DNA of 13,275 nt, taken from a virus. A model generated the notes under the pieces. The model worked only from the letters and a program-made list of their open reading frames with translations, was not told the origin of the DNA and did not search any database. This document shows positions 7,911 through 13,275 of this stretch, piece by piece. Each line of letters opens with the position of its first letter. Within the stretch, counting starts at the first letter, position 1. The position numbers and the translations under genes are program-made. The stretch is from the UHGV virus genome UHGV-0356291. One strand, written 5' to 3'.

Positions 7911-8374
7911 TGATCGATGTTCAAATTATTCCCGCAACCGAAGAGCATCTTCAGATGATTTTGCCGGATGTTCGTCAGGCTGATATTGACGAACTGTATG
8001 CGGTATCACTGATGACTACCGAAGATGCGCTGCGTGTTGGTCTGCGTACTGCGACTATGGCCTGGTCAGGATTTGCGAACGGAGAACTGGTAACCATGTT
8101 TGGCGTATCTCCGGCGTCAATGATCGGTGGCAATGGTACGCCCTGGCTGGTCGGAACCAGCCGCATCGAAAAATATCAGAAGACATTTCTTCGCCACTGC
8201 CGCCCTGTATTGCAGCAGATGCTGGCAGTTTATCCGCGCCTGGAAAACTATGTCGACGAGCGAAACCATGTTGCCAAAGCATGGCTGCACTGGCTTGGAT
8301 TCAGGCTTGAAGAAGCCGCGCCTTATGGTGCTCTTGGTCTTAATTTCCACAGATTTCACATGGAGAGAAAATAA
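7910..8374 (+). CDS. hypothetical protein (154 aa), T7 gp13-like position
   Basis: Start overlaps upstream stop (TGATG); size near T7 gp13; no motif recognised. Confidence 0.6.
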   Translation: MIDVQIIPATEEHLQMILPDVRQADIDELYAVSLMTTEDALRVGLRTATMAWSGFANGELVTMFGVSPASMIGGNGTPWLVGTSRIEKYQKTFLRHCRPVLQQMLAVYPRLENYVDERNHVAKAWLHWLGFRLEEAAPYGALGLNFHRFHMERK

Positions 8375-8391
8375 TGTGTAACCCAGCCATC

Positions 8392-8494
8392 GCTTTGGTT
8401 GCCGTCACAGTGGCATACGCTGATCCGCTTCAATATTCCCACGATTGATTGAATCCTGTGCCTGAGCTTCAGCAATTTCAGCATTCCGATCAGC
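8392..8494. repeat. rotated inverted copy of 8551-8651 (two blocks: 8392-8416 and 8417-8494)
   Basis: 8392-8416 is the reverse complement of 8551-8575 and 8417-8494 is the reverse complement of 8574-8651, both exact. Confidence 0.95.
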
Positions 8495-8495
8495 T

Positions 8496-9041
8496 ATGGC
8501 TGACTGGTATTTTGCCTGCTTGCTCTGGCTGTACATTGACGCGGCTGTGGATGCCACTGTGACGGCAACCAAAGCTGATCGGAATGCTGAAATTGCTGAA
8601 GCTCAGGCACAGGATTCAATCAATCGTGGGAATATTGAAGCGGATCAGCGTCGTCGTGAAATGCGTCAACGCTCAGGCACTGCGGCGGCCACTATGGGGG
8701 CTACCGGTGCGGAATTAAGTAGCGGAACAGCTCTTGACGTTTTTGCGGATAATGCTCAGTTCGGCACTCTTGATGCGTTAACGACAGTGAATAATGCTCA
8801 GCGTGAGGCATATGGGTATCAGGTTCAGGGAATGAATGCTCAGGCACAGGGGGCTGCTGCTCAGTCGGCTGCTAAATCATCGATGACCAGCACTTTGTTA
8901 ACGGCACCACTAAAAGCATACGGTGCATATAAGTTGGGTAGCGGAAGTATCAATCCGATTAGTAAGCAAGGAAACACGCCAATGTTATCTAACTCAGGTT
9001 TTATGAATTCTGACTCCCGATTCAAAATAGGAGGTTACTGA
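8496..9041 (+). CDS. putative internal virion protein (181 aa), T7 gp14-like position
   Basis: ORF with hydrophobic N-terminus (WYFACLLWLYIDAAV) and Ala/Gln-rich middle; no SD before ATG 8496 and in-frame TGA at 8463-8465; stop overlaps next ATG. Confidence 0.55.
   Translation: MADWYFACLLWLYIDAAVDATVTATKADRNAEIAEAQAQDSINRGNIEADQRRREMRQRSGTAAATMGATGAELSSGTALDVFADNAQFGTLDALTTVNNAQREAYGYQVQGMNAQAQGAAAQSAAKSSMTSTLLTAPLKAYGAYKLGSGSINPISKQGNTPMLSNSGFMNSDSRFKIGGY
8551..8651. repeat. in-gene partner of the upstream inverted copy 8392-8494
   Basis: Encodes in frame DATVTATKADRNAEIAEAQAQDSINRGNIEADQR of the 181-aa ORF, so this copy is the coding original. Confidence 0.95.
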
Positions 9042-11788
9042 TGCCTGTTGTTCCTACTACATCCGGACGCCAGGTGCAAAGTCGTGGTGTGCAAACCGGT
9101 GGTTTTCAGACCTTCGATGTTCCTCAAGCAGGTCAGGTGCTGGCGAATGTCGCAGATCAGTATGCGGTGGCATATGGTGAAGCCAGGCAGAAAGCGAATG
9201 TTGCTATGGCCCAGGAGGCGTTACTGCAATTTAACCAATTTGCAGATGACCAGATTAACAACCCTGAAAATGGGCTGATTTCTAAACAGGGTAAAAACGC
9301 TCTTGGTCAGAGTGACGCTGTTATGAAAAATATGCAGGAAAGGGCTCAGGCATTATTAGGCTCAATTCCTGAAAGTGAGGAAAGGAATAAATTATCCTTT
9401 CAACTCCAGCAGTCTATGCAGTCTTATTACAATCAGGCACGTCGATATGAAGTTGGGCAGTTTCAGCAATTCCAAGATCAAACGTATTTGTCAGGAAATG
9501 CATTGGCTGTCACTCAGTCTGCGGGGCTATATAGCGATAACCAAGCATTTGTCGATTTAGCCAAGCAGCGATTTGAATCTATTGATCAATACGCTGATGC
9601 GCATGGGCTTCCTGATGAGTGGCGTGTTCAGCAGAAAACTCAGCTCAAGGAACAAATGGGGCAGCAAGCATGGATAGGAAATATCGCTCAAAAATACAAC
9701 GAGTTTCTTCAGGTTAATGGAGAGCCAGGGGATCTTGATGGTGTGAGTCGTGCAATATCACATGGTAATTCATTGGATGCTCGTGGTTTACGTAATAATA
9801 ACCCCGGTAATATTGAAGCGAGCAAATCTAACCCGTGGGAAGGTCAGATCGGTAGCGATGGACGTTTTGCAACGTTTGCTACCCCTGAGCATGGAATCCG
9901 CGCGTTGGGTAAAAATATGTTGTCTTACCAGCGTCAAGGCTATGACACCGTTAGCGAGATTGTTAATCGCTATGCTCCGGCTAGTGATGGTAATAATACT
10001 GATGCTTATATTAGGGCATTGTGTGGTGAGCTTGGTGTTGGGGAGAATGATCAGCTTGATATCTCTAACCCAAAGACACTAGCTGCTTTATGTGCTGGGA
10101 TTATTAAACACGAAAATGGCAGTATGCCTTATAGCACCGAACAGCTTGAAACTGGTATCTCGGCAGCCCTTGGTCTAACTAACCTTGATTCACCTAAGCG
10201 TTATACGGGCAATGCGGCATTTGATGCTATGAGCCCTCAAATGCAAATACAGGCATTGAGGCAGGCTAATGAGCTGAGAAATCAGTACCGCCAGCAGTAT
10301 GCGGACCAGCTTAGCACCGTAGTTAAAGATGCATATTCAGCCCTTGATGAAGGATTGAAACCTGAGAAGTTACCTTCTGAGGACGATTTTATCCGGGCCA
10401 ATGGTCCGCGCATTGGCGCTATGAAGTGGAAGGATATGCAGGCGCAGATACAATATGGAGGTGTCATTGGTGCCGCTAAAGACCTCACTCCAGAAGGACG
10501 GCAAGACATTCTTGAACGTTTACGTCCACAGGATCCAAACGCTCCTGGATTTGCAGCTAACCAGCAACGCTGGGAGAAAATGCAGGCCAAATTTAAAGAG
10601 ATGGATAGGGAGTGGGAGATTCAGCAGGGAAGAAACAGGTTCGTGTCTTCAATGCAAAATAACTTCCCGCTGGACCCGAACGACAAAAACAATCAGGCAG
10701 CGGTAGACCGTTATTTCGCGCAGGATATCGCGCCTTCGTTTTCCATATCTGATCCGCAGAGCATCAATACACTGGTCACCGTCACAACTAAAAGCGGCAT
10801 GATACCAACTCAGATTAAAACAATGCTTAACAGTGGAGCGACATCAAGAGATCCTGCGCTGGTTGTCCCGATGGCAAAATTCTACGGTCAGTTATTCGAT
10901 AATAATCCGGCGGCAGCGGCAACACTTGATAAAAGTACGATGGCATTTTACGGCAAGGTTTACGATTATTCCCGCGCTGGCGTGCCGGAGGATAAGGCTG
11001 TTGATATGGCTTACAGCCAGGTGTTCCAACAGGATGACCGAATGAAACAGATGCTTTCCACTGCCATGCGAGACAAAAAATATGTCGCGGCGAGGGCAAC
11101 TGCTGCACAAAATAACGCCAGCAGTCTGACTTCCTTTGGTTCGTGGTCTCCGGATATTACCGATCCAGGAAAATCAAATGCGGCCTATCAGCGAGATTAC
11201 CAGACAATTTACGATGCTAACTTTGTACAGACAGGTGGCGATGCAGAACAGGCTGAGAAAATGACCAATGCCATGATCAGAACCACTTGGGGAGTTTCTA
11301 CGGTTAATGGCAAAGCAGAGGTTATGAAGTATGCACCTGAGGCATTGTACGGAGTAAATAATGGTGCTGGTAACTGGATACAGGGGCAGTGGGAGCAGGA
11401 AAAACGCGAGCTTAAATCAAAATCCTTTGGCGGTCCTCGCAGTGATACGGACTTAATACTTGTTTCTGATGGCCTTACGGCAAGGGATAGGAGTTATGCT
11501 GTTATGGTTTTACAGCCTGACGCAAACGGAGCGATAGAACCGAGAAATTATATTGGAGAAAATGGTCTCCCTGTTCGTTTCAAGCCGGATCAGCTGACAT
11601 CTCCAATGTACAGGCAAACCATTCAGTTCCAGCAACAGCGTGTTGATGAGGCTAGAGTGCGGAGAGAAGGCAATCCGCTGCCGCAGTTCAGCAATAAAGA
11701 TGGATATACTCCTCCAGATCTGACAAAACCATTCGGTTATGGTTCAGCCAATTACCTTCCGAGCAATATATACGCAGGGGGCAAATAA
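9041..11788 (+). CDS. putative internal virion / ejection protein (915 aa) with a conserved-looking RNNNPGNI...RYAP block
   Basis: Long ORF coupled to flanking genes (TGATG / TAATG); Gln-rich; position equals T7 gp15/gp16; lower GC than upstream genes. Confidence 0.7.
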   Translation: MPVVPTTSGRQVQSRGVQTGGFQTFDVPQAGQVLANVADQYAVAYGEARQKANVAMAQEALLQFNQFADDQINNPENGLISKQGKNALGQSDAVMKNMQERAQALLGSIPESEERNKLSFQLQQSMQSYYNQARRYEVGQFQQFQDQTYLSGNALAVTQSAGLYSDNQAFVDLAKQRFESIDQYADAHGLPDEWRVQQKTQLKEQMGQQAWIGNIAQKYNEFLQVNGEPGDLDGVSRAISHGNSLDARGLRNNNPGNIEASKSNPWEGQIGSDGRFATFATPEHGIRALGKNMLSYQRQGYDTVSEIVNRYAPASDGNNTDAYIRALCGELGVGENDQLDISNPKTLAALCAGIIKHENGSMPYSTEQLETGISAALGLTNLDSPKRYTGNAAFDAMSPQMQIQALRQANELRNQYRQQYADQLSTVVKDAYSALDEGLKPEKLPSEDDFIRANGPRIGAMKWKDMQAQIQYGGVIGAAKDLTPEGRQDILERLRPQDPNAPGFAANQQRWEKMQAKFKEMDREWEIQQGRNRFVSSMQNNFPLDPNDKNNQAAVDRYFAQDIAPSFSISDPQSINTLVTVTTKSGMIPTQIKTMLNSGATSRDPALVVPMAKFYGQLFDNNPAAAATLDKSTMAFYGKVYDYSRAGVPEDKAVDMAYSQVFQQDDRMKQMLSTAMRDKKYVAARATAAQNNASSLTSFGSWSPDITDPGKSNAAYQRDYQTIYDANFVQTGGDAEQAEKMTNAMIRTTWGVSTVNGKAEVMKYAPEALYGVNNGAGNWIQGQWEQEKRELKSKSFGGPRSDTDLILVSDGLTARDRSYAVMVLQPDANGAIEPRNYIGENGLPVRFKPDQLTSPMYRQTIQFQQQRVDEARVRREGNPLPQFSNKDGYTPPDLTKPFGYGSANYLPSNIYAGGK

Positions 11789-12957
11789 TGCCGATATATG
11801 AACAGGATCCTAAAGAGTTGCTTGGCGAGGGTATTCAGCAAATAGCAGCACCTGATGACAGTAATTTCTATATGGAAACACCTTCTTTGCTTTCTGCTGT
11901 GAACCCATTTACCAGTGATCAACGCGTTCAAAGGTCTAGACAAGCAGCATTTCGTATAGATAACACGCTGGGTAGCTTTATTGCCAGTGCTCCTTTCAGT
12001 CAGTTTGACAGGGTTGAAGGATATAACCCATTTGATAACGATGCAGCAGATATTAAAGGCTATGAAGATTTTGCAGATTCGTTTATCAACTCCGGTTCGC
12101 ATGAAGAAACAATGGCAATTAAACATCGAATCGATCAGCAGAGAGCTGACATGGAATACAATTCAGGCTTGGGATTTGCTGGTACAGTCTCTTCTGTAGC
12201 AATGAGATTAGCAGATCCATTCAATGCGATTTCTATGTTTATTCCGTTCGGCGCTGTCGTTCGTGGCGGTCGTATTGCAGAAACAGCCGGACGTTTTGCT
12301 TTAGCCAATGCTGCTGGCAGTGTTGCTTCAGAGGCCGCATTGCAGGCCACTCAGGAAGCTCGCTCACCGATGGAGAGCGTATCGAACGTTGTTGTTGATG
12401 CTCTCGTTGGTGGGATCCTTGGTGCTGGTGCACAGCTACTTGCTGGACCTAGCGCGCGCGAGGCAGTGGTTAACTCAGTAGGTAATCATTTGCGAGGTAT
12501 GGATTCTCCTCAAAGCATTGGTGCAGCTCAGGTTTTCAATACCACACTCGATCAGGAACAGCTTGCTGGACTTGGACTTGCTAACAAAACGTTGAGTGTC
12601 ACTCCTGCTGGCCGCTTGGCGCAATCACCATCTCTTGTTTCCCGTCAGATTAACCAGCAGCTTGCCGAAAATAACTATTTCTTCGCCAAAAATGATGAGG
12701 GGTTGGCTACGTTTACGGCAGTCGAGACTAAGATTAAGCAATACGACGCCATGCTTTATAAGCAGATGGAAGCTACTCGTGATGCTTACCAGCAGTACAG
12801 CAAATCTGTCAGCGCCCGCGGCGTGAAGAGGATGAACTTTATTGATTTCAATGAAGCTGTTGGCATGGCTATGCGCCGTGGTGATCAGAGTGATATTCCT
12901 GAGGTTTCACAAGCTTTTCAATTCGCTGACCTGCTTTGTCAGCACCTTTGGCACTAA
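11788..12957 (+). CDS. putative internal virion protein, apparently truncated at 389 aa by an inverted-duplication insert
   Basis: ATG overlaps upstream stop; ORF ends at TAA 12955-12957 inside the inverted copy; frame resumes at 13062 after the direct repeat. Confidence 0.65.
   Translation: MPIYEQDPKELLGEGIQQIAAPDDSNFYMETPSLLSAVNPFTSDQRVQRSRQAAFRIDNTLGSFIASAPFSQFDRVEGYNPFDNDAADIKGYEDFADSFINSGSHEETMAIKHRIDQQRADMEYNSGLGFAGTVSSVAMRLADPFNAISMFIPFGAVVRGGRIAETAGRFALANAAGSVASEAALQATQEARSPMESVSNVVVDALVGGILGAGAQLLAGPSAREAVVNSVGNHLRGMDSPQSIGAAQVFNTTLDQEQLAGLGLANKTLSVTPAGRLAQSPSLVSRQINQQLAENNYFFAKNDEGLATFTAVETKIKQYDAMLYKQMEATRDAYQQYSKSVSARGVKRMNFIDFNEAVGMAMRRGDQSDIPEVSQAFQFADLLCQHLWH
12899..12914. repeat. 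direct repeat CTGAGGTTTCACAAGC, copy 1
   Basis: Identical to 13060-13075; both copies sit at the boundaries of the inverted copy. Confidence 0.9.
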
Positions 12958-13060
12958 TCCCTTGTATCCAGTTGGCAATTCGCCCTCTGAATTCAGTGCG
13001 GTCGGAAAGTATCTTATCGAACTTATAAATGCGGGGAAGATAACTCTTCGCCGTCACGAC
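12940..13060. repeat. inverted copy (121 bp visible) of 13155-13275
   Basis: Exact reverse complement of 13155-13275; may extend left to 12915 if the partner continues beyond the window end. Confidence 0.95.
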
Positions 13061-13075
13061 TGAGGTTTCACAAGC
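13060..13075. repeat. direct repeat CTGAGGTTTCACAAGC, copy 2
   Basis: Identical to 12899-12914. Confidence 0.9.
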
Positions 13076-13275
13076 AGCCGCCAGAATCCGCCCCATTTTT
13101 GAGACCACAAAAGCCCGTATGCAGGAATTGGGGATCCTTCCTGAGGATATCGATGTCGTGACGGCGAAGAGTTATCTTCCCCGCATTTATAAGTTCGATA
13201 AGATACTTTCCGACCGCACTGAATTCAGAGGGCGAATTGCCAACTGGATACAAGGGATTAGTGCCAAAGGTGCTG
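13062..13275 (+). CDS. continuation of the 11788 gene (3'-partial, runs off window)
   Basis: Frame 3 open from 13062 to window end: EVSQAAARIRPIFETTKARMQELGILPEDIDVVTAKSYLPRIYKFDKILSDRTEFRGRIANWIQGISAKGA; begins with the same EVSQA as the upstream direct-repeat copy. Confidence 0.5.
13155..13275. repeat. downstream partner of inverted copy 12940-13060 (coding orientation)
   Basis: Exact reverse complement of 12940-13060; lies in the open frame continuing the last gene. Confidence 0.95.

Noticed and set aside
8445-8473. Sigma-70-like promoter (TTGATT -35) upstream of the 181-aa gene
   Set aside because: No acceptable -10 hexamer at 16-18 bp spacing, and the region is part of the inverted copy.
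12869-13253. Minus-strand ORFs 12869-13108 and 13068-13253
   Set aside because: Their translations are mirror images of the + strand coding sequence because of the inverted duplication; not independent genes.
12899-13275. Diversity-generating retroelement (template/variable repeat pair) at the 3' end
   Set aside because: The repeats are inverted and perfectly identical, with no adenine-specific differences, and no reverse transcriptase is present in the window.
1-13275. CRISPR array, tRNA or rRNA genes, integrase or transposase
   Set aside because: No spaced direct repeats, no cloverleaf-like candidates noticed, and all long ORFs are accounted for as virion proteins. A proper tRNA scan was not possible by eye, so a short tRNA cannot be fully excluded.

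Overview
The window is one contiguous + strand morphogenesis operon of a short-tailed (podovirus-type) phage or prophage with enterobacterial-like codon usage. In order: a T7 gp8-like portal (its start lies upstream of the window), a small ORF, an acidic scaffold-like protein, a ~330-aa putative major capsid protein, three small ORFs, gp11/gp12-like tail tubular proteins (201 and 823 aa), then putative internal virion/ejection proteins (154, 181, 915 and at least 389 aa). Genes are tightly packed with ATGA / TAATG / TGATG stop-start overlaps. I see no tape-measure, sheath, terminase, integrase, RNA polymerase, tRNA or CRISPR array. The most unusual signal is structural: three separate, perfectly identical inverted-duplication structures (94-334 inside the portal gene, 8392-8651 at the start of the 181-aa gene, 12899-13275 inside the last gene). 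Two of them interrupt ORFs that become continuous again if the segment is flipped or removed. These are either genuine recent rearrangements, possibly an inversion switch, or chimeric assembly; sequence alone cannot decide. Product names rest on my recollection of T7-family proteins and on gene order and size, not on any database search.
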